From an uncultured Candidatus Saccharibacteria bacterium (GTDB lineage: Bacteria; Patescibacteriota; Dojkabacteria; SC72): a stretch of DNA of 64,000 nucleotides. The position numbers were made by a program, and so were the translations under genes. Below the pieces are notes generated by a model. It searched no databases and was not told the DNA's origin. It saw nothing but the letters and a program-made list of their open reading frames with translations. The stretch lies in the NCBI GenBank assembly GCA_964514595.1, contig CAZEQZ010000002.1, positions 118,506-182,505 on the forward strand, written 5' to 3'. This document shows positions 39,102 through 49,250 of the stretch, in pieces. How positions within the stretch are numbered: the first letter of the stretch is position 1; every line of letters starts with the position of its first letter.

Positions 39102-39746
39102 TTAGTTCATTTTCCATTTAATATATTTAATAACCTTCTGTTCATTAATATGCTTCTTTTCAAATGTAGTTTGTACATCCGTAATATTTTCTATATCCCC
39201 TCTTGAATATACATCCTCTATATTCTCAATTATATTGAAATCCATACTCTTAATTATTTCTAATGTATATTCATACAACTCTTCTGAATCTGTTTTTAAG
39301 TGAACAATACCGCTCTTTTTTAAAATAACCTTATACATTTCTAAAAACTTAGGACTTGTTAACCTCTTCTTACTATCCCTATCCTTCGGAAATGGATCAG
39401 GAAACGTAATCCATATCTCATCTATACTACCCTTAGGAATATACTCTAACAAATTCTCAATTTGTATTCTTAAAAAATATACATTATCTAATCTATTATC
39501 CAATGCATCCTTAGCTCCTCTCCATAATCGCTCTCCCTGAATATCAATACCTATGATTAAGGTATCTCCATATTTATTTCCTAGATGCACAGAGTACTCA
39601 CCCTTCCCACATGCCAATTCTAATATTACTTTGTTATATTGATTTATTATTTCCTTTACTTTTTCTCTTGTATCTTGACCATCCCACTCTAGTACATTGG
39701 AGAAAGATTTCATTTCTTCAAACTTTTTTCTATTACTTCTAGACAT
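39102..39746 (-). CDS. trmB: tRNA (guanine-N7)-methyltransferase
   Basis: 'ILELACGKGEY', 'FPDPFPK' (FPDPWPK TrmB motif). Confidence 0.85.
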   Translation of the reverse strand: MSRSNRKKFEEMKSFSNVLEWDGQDTREKVKEIINQYNKVILELACGKGEYSVHLGNKYGDTLIIGIDIQGERLWRGAKDALDNRLDNVYFLRIQIENLLEYIPKGSIDEIWITFPDPFPKDRDSKKRLTSPKFLEMYKVILKKSGIVHLKTDSEELYEYTLEIIKSMDFNIIENIEDVYSRGDIENITDVQTTFEKKHINEQKVIKYIKWKMN

Positions 39747-39829
39747 ACTGGAATACTATCATATATGTTGGTTTGAGTTAATGATAGTTTTAGGGTATAA
39801 AAAAGAAGTAGTTAAATTTTTAATGAGGA

Positions 39830-40327
39830 GTGATGGCAAAACCAACAAAATATGCTCCCCATATCTGTACTGCTGTAACTATCTTGGCATTGATAGGTAT
39901 AGTAGTTGGATTAACCACAGGGAACACCTTGTGGATAGTATTTTTACTTCTCCCTACGGCTATTTATGAAGCATACAGAACTGAGGGTAAATCTACAAAA
40001 GCTTCATCATTACTTTTAGTAGCTGTGTTAATATTAGAAGCAATATTAATCATATTTAACGTTGACTTTAATCTTGCTGAGTATTTGGGTACCTCCGAAA
40101 GATATATTGGAAGTTATTTAGTACCTTTAGGAGAGCTCACTATAGTTGGCCCAACAGTAATGGCTATTCTTTCTGTAATTTTGTTCGTACGAACAAGGGG
40201 TATATATACTAGGTGGTTAGCAGCTGTAATATTTATTACATCTTTTGCAATAGTGTACTCTATTGATCCTAATGTATTTACTGACTTATTTAAGTATGCT
40301 GTAGATGAGGGATTAAGAAGGATATAA
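39830..40327 (+). CDS. integral membrane hypothetical protein
   Basis: 165 aa, about 5 TM helices. Confidence 0.4.
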   Translation: MMAKPTKYAPHICTAVTILALIGIVVGLTTGNTLWIVFLLLPTAIYEAYRTEGKSTKASSLLLVAVLILEAILIIFNVDFNLAEYLGTSERYIGSYLVPLGELTIVGPTVMAILSVILFVRTRGIYTRWLAAVIFITSFAIVYSIDPNVFTDLFKYAVDEGLRRI

Positions 40328-41278
40328 TTACCTTTCCCACTCTATCGTACCACACATATTAAAGACATTTTCTTCCTCCTCGTATGGAATTTCTGGCCTC
40401 ATCCTTTCAGGAGTATAAGGAGAATTTTGATTAACTGGTATTTGCCACATTGGCATTTCCTTATCAACCTGTCCCAAAGTATCTAAATCTATCCACTCTA
40501 TTTCATTATTATCCCAAAACTCATGCCACATATCATTCCATCTAGCTTTGTATCCACCTATGTATGTATGTGATACACCAAAGAACTTATCTTGCTTAGT
40601 AGCTCTAACCAGATCCTTTATCATATCATCAGGAGATCCTGCCCTTTCAAAATAGCTATAATCACAAAGACTTCCATATTTAAATTCTATCGTATCTATA
40701 TTTGATACAGATATTATTTTTACATCATACTCTTCAGGTTTGTATACAAATGCTGCCAAATCTGTTGTCCCTCTAGCTGTTATATACTCTATACCTAACT
40801 CTTCTGCCACCTGCACTGTAGTTTCATCAGAGGCCATATATCTAGAACTGATAATTCTGATTTTTGTATCTACGACTGCCTCTATCCTTTCAATAGTATC
40901 ATTAAGTATTTCATACTGTTGTTCATATGGCATACCCCAAAGTGGCTCTTCTACATACGTTGCTACTATTTCCACATTACCTGTATCTAATAATTCCTGA
41001 ATTTGGATAGTATTTTCTTCTACAAAATCTGGAGTTAGCATCATCAATCCTTTTATATCCCTTTGTACCATATCGTTTACCATATTAACTAAACCATCTA
41101 TCTCTTTAAATTCTATTAGTATCATCATAGCTTTAGGTATTTGCTCCTCCTCTATCGTAATTTGGGAACTCTCAGTTACAGGACAGAAGTATTTTTTAAG
41201 AAGAAATATGTCTAGGAGAAGGAATGTTAATACTAATATCAATGGTATTAGTATTAGAATGAGGAGTTTTTTATTCAT
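40328..41278 (-). CDS. membrane-anchored extracytoplasmic hypothetical protein
   Basis: N-terminal TM anchor then about 290-aa acidic domain, no known motif. Confidence 0.4.
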   Translation of the reverse strand: MNKKLLILILIPLILVLTFLLLDIFLLKKYFCPVTESSQITIEEEQIPKAMMILIEFKEIDGLVNMVNDMVQRDIKGLMMLTPDFVEENTIQIQELLDTGNVEIVATYVEEPLWGMPYEQQYEILNDTIERIEAVVDTKIRIISSRYMASDETTVQVAEELGIEYITARGTTDLAAFVYKPEEYDVKIISVSNIDTIEFKYGSLCDYSYFERAGSPDDMIKDLVRATKQDKFFGVSHTYIGGYKARWNDMWHEFWDNNEIEWIDLDTLGQVDKEMPMWQIPVNQNSPYTPERMRPEIPYEEEENVFNMCGTIEWER

Positions 41279-41358
41279 TAGAATAATATATTAAATTAAA
41301 TATATTTCAATGTATATTGAAATATATAGTATGGATAGGAAAGGATGTCAAGAAGAAT

Positions 41359-41435
41359 TGGTCGGGGTGACTCGACTTGAACGAGCGACCTCTTGCACCC
41401 CATGCAAGCGTTCTAGCCATCTGAACTACACCCCG
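41359..41435 (-). tRNA. tRNA-Pro (anticodon GGG), CCA encoded
   Basis: Reverse complement folds as a cloverleaf: acceptor CGGGGTG/CACCCCG, anticodon stem CTTGC/GCAAG with loop AT-GGG-GT, T-loop TTCAAGT, 3' ACCA. Confidence 0.85.
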
Positions 41436-41465
41436 TGGTATGTATTATAACCCAATTCCAATATA

Positions 41466-42005
41466 CTAAGAAAGTTTTCTTTCAATAAATTCATCGTTCT
41501 CACCTAATCTATCAACAATATCCAAAGTAATATTTTTTAAATTCTCTCCATTCTCTGTAAAAGAGACCTTGCCCTCTATTTTATGATCCTTTAAAGTCAT
41601 CCCCAACCAAAACTCATCTGTAACCCACATCTCTGCATATGGGATATCTTCAACCTTAAACCATTTTGGTGTTATCATTTCCTCTCCCCCCTCAGGTTCT
41701 CCTAACCATTCCTTAGTAAAAAAGACACTTACTACTTGAACCCACCGTGGATTGTTATCAAACTTAAAATCAATCTCTGCGACCTTTTCTAAGTCCTGTG
41801 GGAGAACTCTTGATTTCATCTCTTCAAAAACTTCTCTACACGCAGCCTCTTTTATTGTTTCCTTTTTCTTGTCACCAACCTTCCCTCCAAAACCATTCCA
41901 TTTTCCACTCCCAAATCCTCTCCTTTTCATAGCAAGACAAACATCCGAAATTTTATTATCACTATTTCTTCTAATGAAAAACACTAACACTCTTTGATCT
42001 TTCAT
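41466..42005 (-). CDS. Nudix hydrolase (MutT-like)
   Basis: Canonical Nudix box 'GKWNGFGGKVGDKKKETIKEAACREVFEEMK'. Confidence 0.75.
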   Translation of the reverse strand: MKDQRVLVFFIRRNSDNKISDVCLAMKRRGFGSGKWNGFGGKVGDKKKETIKEAACREVFEEMKSRVLPQDLEKVAEIDFKFDNNPRWVQVVSVFFTKEWLGEPEGGEEMITPKWFKVEDIPYAEMWVTDEFWLGMTLKDHKIEGKVSFTENGENLKNITLDIVDRLGENDEFIERKLS

Positions 42006-42011
42006 ATTTGA

Positions 42012-42593
42012 TTATAACCCAACTTCATCACTAATTTCACTAACAGCATCCAGTGATATCTGTACAAACTCCTCTATAGACAATCCTGTCTTCTCTATGT
42101 CATATATGAGATCCCTTCTTACTGCCTTAGCAAAATCCTTCTTCTTAAATTTTTTAATTACGCTATCTACTCCTACACTAGCTATCTTCTTATCTGGTTG
42201 TACTAATGCACACGCTACTAAGAAACCAGATATGTTTTCTGCTGCTGTTAATGCATAATCTAGTTTAGATTCTCTCTTTTGTGAGATTGTAGGATGCTCT
42301 TCATAGTGGGCTTTGATGGCATTGTACATATCCTCGGGAATATCCTCCCCTATTTTTAGATTCTCCATCTCCAAAATCTTATCAAACTCTACAACATGCC
42401 TATCTGGATCCTTCTTAACATAGTCATAGTCAATATCGTGTAGAAGGCCTGATAATCCCCAAAGCTCTTCTTCCTCATTAAAGTGCTTAGCCAATGCTCT
42501 CATTATTACCTCTGTCTCTCTCATATGCAATCTTAACCACTCTGTAGTAATGTATTTATCTAGAAGTTGTGTTGCTCTTTCTCTAGTTATCAT
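42012..42593 (-). CDS. HD-domain phosphohydrolase
   Basis: 'LSGLLHDIDYD' HD motif, His earlier ('RLHMRE'). Confidence 0.6.
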   Translation of the reverse strand: MITRERATQLLDKYITTEWLRLHMRETEVIMRALAKHFNEEEELWGLSGLLHDIDYDYVKKDPDRHVVEFDKILEMENLKIGEDIPEDMYNAIKAHYEEHPTISQKRESKLDYALTAAENISGFLVACALVQPDKKIASVGVDSVIKKFKKKDFAKAVRRDLIYDIEKTGLSIEEFVQISLDAVSEISDEVGL

Positions 42594-42990
42594 TCCTTAA
42601 TATTTCATATAATTTATCTTTCAGGTCTTTTGGGCCTAAATACTGTATCGCAATTATACCAAACTGCTGGGCTATCTGGATGTTAATTAAGGCATCATCT
42701 ACAAAAACAATATTAGATGGAACATCTCCCACATTTTCAATTAGTTTCTGAAATGCCTTGGCATCAGGTTTGGGATACTCTCTGTTGTATATAACTTTTT
42801 TGAAATATTTAAGAAAGTTTACTTTCTTATTCATCCTAATGACGAACTCTTCACTTGTATTTGTGAAAAGATACAGAGGAATACCTTGCCTTTTAAGAGA
42901 TGCCAATATTTTAATAACTTCGTTATCTATCTCATTTTTCTCGGGCATGTACAGTAGTTTGTAGTAATCGAAGGCTATACTTTTTGACAT
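42583..42990 (-). CDS. HAD-superfamily hydrolase-like protein with degenerate motif I
   Basis: Motif II 'LFTNTS', motif III Lys 'YPKPD', motif IV 'VFVDD'; motif I reads 'IAFDYY' (DxD becomes DYY). Confidence 0.45.
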   Translation of the reverse strand: MSKSIAFDYYKLLYMPEKNEIDNEVIKILASLKRQGIPLYLFTNTSEEFVIRMNKKVNFLKYFKKVIYNREYPKPDAKAFQKLIENVGDVPSNIVFVDDALINIQIAQQFGIIAIQYLGPKDLKDKLYEILRNDN

Positions 42991-43077
42991 CTTGTAGTAT
43001 ATTAAATTTAGAAAAATAATAGACCGTAGTCATTGTAGTGGTAGTAGTTAATGTACAAACCGGACGTAGAGTGTGTA

Positions 43078-44085
43078 TTATCTAATCTCTAGCACAACTT
43101 GATTTGGGCTCAAAGAAGCACTTAATCTATACTCCCTCCTGCCACCTAGATTGCCAAATGTGTATGTACTTTTCTCCCCCTCCCTTTCTGACTTACCAGA
43201 TATTCCCGAGGGAAGATTCATTGTTTTTGCGAAGCTAGCAACCCTATCTATCGAGAGGCTCTCAAAAACTACCACCAATTCATTATCCAAATTGTATGAT
43301 GCAGAAACTGAAGGTATTGGACTTTCTCCATCACCTCCGACACTCCATACTAATTTAAGTAATCCCGATGGTCTTCCGTAGGTATAGGAGATGATAGAAG
43401 CATTTTCACTTGCACCTATTCCAGCTATCTCCTGGTCCATTGTTGTATATTCTTCTAAACCTAAATCTATATCAACTGTACTCTCCCCTGGATACTTAAC
43501 TTTCAGGGTAATTTCCCATTCATCATTCTCATTTTGTTGAGAAGATAGTAAAAAGGGAGTACTTCTTAATACTCCAATATCGTATAGCTCTTGGTCTGCT
43601 TGTGCTGACACATTATGATATATTCTTGTTATCCCGCTCTTGCCTATACTTCTTTCCTGTTGATACCCTATACCCGTACTATCCCTAGATATACCTTGAA
43701 GATCTAGTCTCACTACTCCCATATTTGGTATATATGATGCTATTACATACGGTTCTATTTCTTCATCGTCCTCTGATCTTAGAGTAAATACAAATTCATG
43801 GTATCCATCCTTTGACTCATCTTGTAGACTCACTATACTAAATTGCGCTTCCGATAGTTCGCCTAACGTTTGGGTGTCTGTAGAGAAGTCTGAGAAATCT
43901 GTATCCCCTGTGTACTCATATTCCTGTTCTTCATCCTCTTCTTCTTCCCCTTCCTGCACTACCTCTTCTTCCTCCTCAACAACAGCTTCCTCTTTTGGTC
44001 CTTTTGTTAAGAGATATACACCTCCCCCCACGAGAACCAGAAGAAGTATGATCCAAATTATTTTTTTACTCATACCTTTTTTCAT
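43078..44085 (-). CDS. secreted/anchored acidic hypothetical protein
   Basis: N-terminal TM/signal, poly-Glu low-complexity tract, about 250-aa beta-rich domain. Confidence 0.4.
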   Translation of the reverse strand: MKKGMSKKIIWIILLLVLVGGGVYLLTKGPKEEAVVEEEEEVVQEGEEEEDEEQEYEYTGDTDFSDFSTDTQTLGELSEAQFSIVSLQDESKDGYHEFVFTLRSEDDEEIEPYVIASYIPNMGVVRLDLQGISRDSTGIGYQQERSIGKSGITRIYHNVSAQADQELYDIGVLRSTPFLLSSQQNENDEWEITLKVKYPGESTVDIDLGLEEYTTMDQEIAGIGASENASIISYTYGRPSGLLKLVWSVGGDGESPIPSVSASYNLDNELVVVFESLSIDRVASFAKTMNLPSGISGKSEREGEKSTYTFGNLGGRREYRLSASLSPNQVVLEIR

Positions 44086-44159
44086 TAAATATTATTTATA
44101 TATGTTACCACTTTTTTAATACTGTTTAAAATAGTAAAAAGTTGTGATACTATTGATAT

Positions 44160-45500
44160 ATGCCCAAGACTTTCAAGATGACAGATACAAAGGATGATGT
44201 GGTAGAAAAGAGTGAAGAGATTGTCATACAGGAGGAAAAAGAGATACCTGTTATCAAAGAGGAGCAAGAGAAGGTGGCTATCGACCCTGAAGTTAGCCCA
44301 GTTGTCGAGAAAAGAGAGAAAAAAAGCCTAAAGGATATATTTAAGAATTTTGATTGGAAGAAGTTAATTTTCCCAACTGTAGCAATTCTCACTTTAGCTG
44401 GTATTGGCCTCTTCTACTATTTCGGTATATACAAATTTAAACCTGTCCCTCTTCATCAAGTCCTCACTTTTGATGACATGTTTGTTTCTTCGAGCCCAAG
44501 TTCAAAGATGTTTGCTAAGGATTTAGCCCTTCTTTCAAAACCGGAAGAACCTCGTACCGAGGTGAGTCCATTAAATGGACTTCTGTTTTCTAAGAGTGAG
44601 ATGGACAAGATGATGAAGAGAAGACCAGTGGCCGTCATGGTGAATAATCATGCAGAGGCAAGACCTCAATCTGGTCTTAATACTGCAGATATTGTTATTG
44701 AGGCAAATGCAGAGAGTGGCATTACGAGATATTTAGGCATTTGGTGGAGTAAAGCCCCTGAGAAGGTGGGCCCTATTAGGAGTTTAAGACAATCATATTT
44801 GGAGTGGCTTAGTGAATATGATCCGATTTTAATACATGATGGATGTGCACAAACAGATGATCCTAGAACTAATGCGTGTGGGAATATGTATAGCTACGGT
44901 ATCAAAAGTATTTCCACACTAGGTGCATGGAGAATGAATGATGGAAGAAGGGTAGCACCTCATAATGAGTATAGTTCCGTAGAGAATGCGTGGGTACATG
45001 GGGAGAAGATGAATTGGGATAGTTTTCCTTCAACAATTCAGAGCTTAGAATTTAAGCGTGATGCAGATGTTAAGGATAGAGGGCAAAAGACTGTTGTCAA
45101 AACAATATTTCACACCAGACTCTCCAATGGAGGATTATATGATGCTATGTGGACATATGACAGCTCTACGAATAGCTACTTCAGAAAGATTGGAGGTCAA
45201 GCAGATATGGACCAAGAGACCAACACCCAAGTTACAGCCAAAGTTGTGGTTATACAGGAAGTTAGGACCGTTGGTTCAGGAGATGAGTCTGGGAGATTAA
45301 TTGTTACTACTATTGGAGAGGGAGATGCGGTAATACTGCAGGATGGGAAAATTACAAATGGGAAATGGAAGAAAGAGTCTAGGACCGATAGAACAAAATA
45401 TTATGATACTTCTGGAAACCCCATCAAATTTAACAGGGGAAGAATGTGGATTGCGATGATTCCACATTCTGACGGGAAATTTGATATAATTGAGCAATAA
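44160..45500 (+). CDS. DUF3048-family protein (YerB-like) with N-terminal K/E-rich extension and TM anchor
   Basis: 'RRPVAVMVNNHAEARPQSGLNTADIVIEANAESGITRYLGIWWS' resembles the DUF3048 core. Confidence 0.45.
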   Translation: MPKTFKMTDTKDDVVEKSEEIVIQEEKEIPVIKEEQEKVAIDPEVSPVVEKREKKSLKDIFKNFDWKKLIFPTVAILTLAGIGLFYYFGIYKFKPVPLHQVLTFDDMFVSSSPSSKMFAKDLALLSKPEEPRTEVSPLNGLLFSKSEMDKMMKRRPVAVMVNNHAEARPQSGLNTADIVIEANAESGITRYLGIWWSKAPEKVGPIRSLRQSYLEWLSEYDPILIHDGCAQTDDPRTNACGNMYSYGIKSISTLGAWRMNDGRRVAPHNEYSSVENAWVHGEKMNWDSFPSTIQSLEFKRDADVKDRGQKTVVKTIFHTRLSNGGLYDAMWTYDSSTNSYFRKIGGQADMDQETNTQVTAKVVVIQEVRTVGSGDESGRLIVTTIGEGDAVILQDGKITNGKWKKESRTDRTKYYDTSGNPIKFNRGRMWIAMIPHSDGKFDIIEQ

Positions 45501-45521
45501 TATTAAGCAGGTTGGGGAACT

Positions 45522-46094
45522 ATGCTAAAACAGTTATTCATATCTAAGGTTAGGATTAGTATCCTACACCAATATATGGCGGATCTAAACGCTTCTTTTC
45601 ATGTTAGAGGCTTGGTTAGAGTATTAGATGAGGAGATTAATGCCGTAAGGAGAGAGTTGCTTAATTTAGAGAGCGCTGGAATACTTAAATCCAAGAAGGA
45701 TGGTAATAAGCTTGTATATAGAGTTAACAGAGAGTGTCCCATATTATGGGAATTAAGGTCACTATTTTTCAAAGAGTCCCCTATAGGCCAGAAGATTCAG
45801 GAGGTTGTAAAGGGTATAGATGGTGTACAGGTTGTCGTATTGACCGAGAGCTTTATCACAGGCAAATATGAGCATACAACAGATGTCGACCTTCTGTTTA
45901 TTGGAGATATGAAAGTGAGGGATCTTTCATTGGCAATGAGTCAGGTTGAAAAAGAGTTGGAGAAGCAGATTAGATTTAGTGCTATTAGGAAGGAAGATTT
46001 TGACTTTGCTAGAAAGAAGAAAGAACCCTTCTTGATGAATATTCTAGAAAAAGATAAGATAATAATGTTTGGTCAATTATCTGATTTACTCTAG
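45522..46094 (+). CDS. winged-helix DNA-binding protein fused to minimal nucleotidyltransferase-like domain
   Basis: N-terminal wHTH-like 'VRVLDEEINAVRRELLNLESAGIL'; C-terminal 'VVVLTESFITGKYEHTTDVDLLFIGD' (GS...D.D pattern). Confidence 0.4.
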   Translation: MLKQLFISKVRISILHQYMADLNASFHVRGLVRVLDEEINAVRRELLNLESAGILKSKKDGNKLVYRVNRECPILWELRSLFFKESPIGQKIQEVVKGIDGVQVVVLTESFITGKYEHTTDVDLLFIGDMKVRDLSLAMSQVEKELEKQIRFSAIRKEDFDFARKKKEPFLMNILEKDKIIMFGQLSDLL

Positions 46095-47316
46095 AATGAA
46101 ATTAAAGATCAAGTTCAATGTAAAACCATTTCTTAACTATCTATCCGTTATACTTTTAACTTCTCTATTCATATCTGTTGTACTCATTGCTCTACCCCTA
46201 ACAGAGAAGGTTACAGATAGAACCTCCTTTGATTTACTAATCAAAGATAATGACTACTGGTCGACTGAATTCATCCTCAAACTTAATACAAATAATCCCC
46301 AATTAATTGAAAAGAGTAGGGATATACTTTTTACTAGGTTAAAGAAATTCGAAGTTGAAAGAGCAAGAATTTACAATATTGGAGAGGATGAAGATGCAAG
46401 TACACTCCTTAAAGTAGTAATTACATCTACCCAAGATAGAGAGCTTGTTAAAGAACTTATAAGTAATCGCTTTGATGTTCAAATCATGACTAGGAAGGAG
46501 GATGTCGATTTCTTTAGTGATGAGGATCAGTATGCATATCTTTTTGCAACTAACTATGACCCTACAGAATGGACTAGAGAAGATTTTAGGAACATATATA
46601 TTACAGAATTAAAAACATCTACAAATGAGTACTCCAATTTTGCAATATTTAAGCTTTGGCCAAATAGACAGGGCGAATTCACTAAATTTCTAGAAGATCA
46701 TAAGGGAGAGTATATAGGGGTGAGTGTAGATGGGTTTGTCACACCATATCTTGTACCTTTTGATGATTTAAGTATATTTGCAGTCCCAATTACCTCCCAA
46801 GAAGAATTACAGATTAAAGCCATTGACATACTGTATAACTCTGGGGTTGTTCCTGTTAACTATACCTTGGAGGGAGAGGAGGATATTACGGCAGAGATAA
46901 TAAAGCTTGATCATGTGAGGGTAAGTATAGGCCTGGCTATATCAATACTCCTAACCTACATCTATCTCCTTTTAATCAAACAGAGTACATTTGAAACATT
47001 AAGAAAGTCTTTCTTAGCTACAGTATTAACCATTGCTATATACATAACTGCACTGAAGCTTTTACAAATTCCTGTAGATACATTTATACTACCTATTGTT
47101 GGAATTATGGCTTTCCTTTTAATAAAGGTACTTGTGGAAAATGATGACTCGGTTTGGTATATAGAAAGTATATTGTTAGTAGTTCTATTGATCATAAGGT
47201 TACTTGGCACTGGATATATGCCTGTATTAGCGACGCATTTAATAACAGTTGTTATTCTTTCTAAGCTCTGTCTGATTATGTCAGAGTGGTATATACATAA
47301 AGTAAAGGAGATATAG
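46069..47316 (+). CDS. membrane protein, hypothetical (N-terminal anchor, extracytoplasmic domain, C-terminal 4-5 TM)
   Basis: 415-aa ORF, topology from hydrophobic segments. Confidence 0.4.
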   Translation: MVNYLIYSRMKLKIKFNVKPFLNYLSVILLTSLFISVVLIALPLTEKVTDRTSFDLLIKDNDYWSTEFILKLNTNNPQLIEKSRDILFTRLKKFEVERARIYNIGEDEDASTLLKVVITSTQDRELVKELISNRFDVQIMTRKEDVDFFSDEDQYAYLFATNYDPTEWTREDFRNIYITELKTSTNEYSNFAIFKLWPNRQGEFTKFLEDHKGEYIGVSVDGFVTPYLVPFDDLSIFAVPITSQEELQIKAIDILYNSGVVPVNYTLEGEEDITAEIIKLDHVRVSIGLAISILLTYIYLLLIKQSTFETLRKSFLATVLTIAIYITALKLLQIPVDTFILPIVGIMAFLLIKVLVENDDSVWYIESILLVVLLIIRLLGTGYMPVLATHLITVVILSKLCLIMSEWYIHKVKEI

Positions 47317-47318
47317 TT

Positions 47319-47831
47319 ATGGAAATATTTTTAAATCTATGGAACAACTGGAGTAATACTGAAAAGATATATATTCTTGCCCTATTCCTTATCCTTTTTG
47401 TACTAATCCCTTTGATAGTAAGAGTAATTACAAAGAGCAATGAACTTTTCACCTTTACAATGGCCTCCCTTATCTCCTCAGCATTAATTGTATTAACATC
47501 AATATGGTTCTTAAATGTGATTTTTTCTGTAACTATAGAGTACATATTTCTACTTACCCCTATTATTATTCTTTTTGTTAACATATTAAATATAGGAACA
47601 TGTGTGGGATATTACAGATTACATAGTAAGAGTAAGGGTTTTAATTACAGTATGGTTAAGAAAGAATATATTAGAGATTCCATACAGCTATCAATATTCA
47701 TACTTCTATCCTTCTCAGCCCTTTCGGTTTTCCTAACCTCTACTTTCCTAATATTCATACTCCTCACAGGGGCTATATCCTTAGCTGTTGTTTGGATTAA
47801 TTACGCTCTTCTTTACTGGTTAGTTAAGTAA
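47319..47831 (+). CDS. integral membrane hypothetical protein
   Basis: 170 aa, about 5 TM helices; 2-nt gap to the upstream gene. Confidence 0.4.
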   Translation: MEIFLNLWNNWSNTEKIYILALFLILFVLIPLIVRVITKSNELFTFTMASLISSALIVLTSIWFLNVIFSVTIEYIFLLTPIIILFVNILNIGTCVGYYRLHSKSKGFNYSMVKKEYIRDSIQLSIFILLSFSALSVFLTSTFLIFILLTGAISLAVVWINYALLYWLVK

Positions 47832-47832
47832 G

Positions 47833-48705
47833 ATGGTTGAATATTCCGAGCCTATAATTGTAATAGCTGGCCCTACTGCCTCAGGCAAATCCTCGATAGC
47901 ATTGAAATTAGCAAAGGAAATAAATGGAGTAATTATCAATGCTGACTCCCGACAGGTCTATAAAGAGCTACTCATAGGTACCGCTAGACCAACGGGAAAT
48001 GAAATGGATAATATACCACATCATCTTTATGGACATATTTCAGTTAAGAAAAAATATAATATATATAGATATCAGAAGGATGTTGCAGAGGTATTAAAAT
48101 CTCTCCCCCCTAACCAGACACCTATCCTTGTAGGAGGTACAGGATTGTACATAGATAGCGTTGTTTTCAACTACATACTTAAAGAGAATAATTTTGACTC
48201 TGAAAAAAGACAACATTTAGAAAGTAAGAGTATAGAGGAGCTTCACAAGATTATTCCGAAGGATATCCTAGATACTCTTAATCAAAGTGATAGGAATAAT
48301 AAGAGAAGGTTAGTAAGAGTAATAGAAAAAAATAATACTATTCAAGAGAGAGGACAACAACTCAATCATATATATTTTGTTGTAGATATTCCTCCGACAA
48401 GACTTAAAGAACGAATAGTCCAAAGAGTAGATAAGATGTTTGCCAAAGGGTTGGTGGAAGAGAATACTAAACTGCGCGAAGCAGGTTTAGAAGGGTATCC
48501 TGCCCTTCAAACAATTGGATATCAGGAATTTGATTCCTATTTTAAAAAAGGAAAGAACTTGAAAGAGATTAAAGAGGAAATTATTAATCATACAAATCAG
48601 TATGCCAAAAGACAGAGAACGTGGTTTAGAAGACATAATCACGCTATATGGATAAACACTTACGAAGAGGTACTAGAAAAATCACTAAAACTGATTAGAA
48701 CCTGA
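47833..48705 (+). CDS. miaA: tRNA dimethylallyltransferase
   Basis: P-loop 'IAGPTASGKSS', 'NADSRQVYKEL...GTARP'. Confidence 0.85.
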   Translation: MVEYSEPIIVIAGPTASGKSSIALKLAKEINGVIINADSRQVYKELLIGTARPTGNEMDNIPHHLYGHISVKKKYNIYRYQKDVAEVLKSLPPNQTPILVGGTGLYIDSVVFNYILKENNFDSEKRQHLESKSIEELHKIIPKDILDTLNQSDRNNKRRLVRVIEKNNTIQERGQQLNHIYFVVDIPPTRLKERIVQRVDKMFAKGLVEENTKLREAGLEGYPALQTIGYQEFDSYFKKGKNLKEIKEEIINHTNQYAKRQRTWFRRHNHAIWINTYEEVLEKSLKLIRT

Positions 48706-49250
48706 TACTCACCCTCTTCACTTTTTACTAACTCCAATCCATTTACTCTAAATCTTATATCCTTAATATTTAGATTTTTGCTAACCACTGTTAAATCTCT
48801 GCATATATTTGCATACTCCTGATCTGTTAATTCTTTGCTAACTCTACCTAACGTTAGATGTGGGAGAAAATTGCCTTCATTCTTAACATTTAAAACACTC
48901 CTTAATTCTAGAAGTAGTTTTCGCATATCATCACCTCCTTCTAGTAGATCTAAATAGATTAATTCTTTGTATCTTCTAGATATCCCTAGCTTAACCGTAT
49001 TAAATCTAATTATGAATCCTTTCAGACTTATATTCTTTAGTTTGTATTTGAGAGTCAATCTTTTGTAAAAGGGATAGCTCTCCCCAAAGTGTATTAATGT
49101 GAGATGGTATGTATTGGGCAAAGACCATCTAACAGGAATCTCAAAACCATCAAATACAGAAGTTACTCCCTCCTTTACTTTGTTGATATTTTCAATTGCA
49201 TCTCTTGGAGGGAAAATACCCAGAAAGAAACTCATTTTTCTACTTGGCAA
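48660..49250 (-). CDS. thpR: RNA 2',3'-cyclic phosphodiesterase (2H family, ThpR/LigT-like)
   Basis: Two H-x-T/S-x motifs: 'HLTLIHFG' and 'HLTLGRV'. Confidence 0.65.
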   Translation of the reverse strand: MPSRKMSFFLGIFPPRDAIENINKVKEGVTSVFDGFEIPVRWSLPNTYHLTLIHFGESYPFYKRLTLKYKLKNISLKGFIIRFNTVKLGISRRYKELIYLDLLEGGDDMRKLLLELRSVLNVKNEGNFLPHLTLGRVSKELTDQEYANICRDLTVVSKNLNIKDIRFRVNGLELVKSEEGEYQVLISFSDFSSTSS

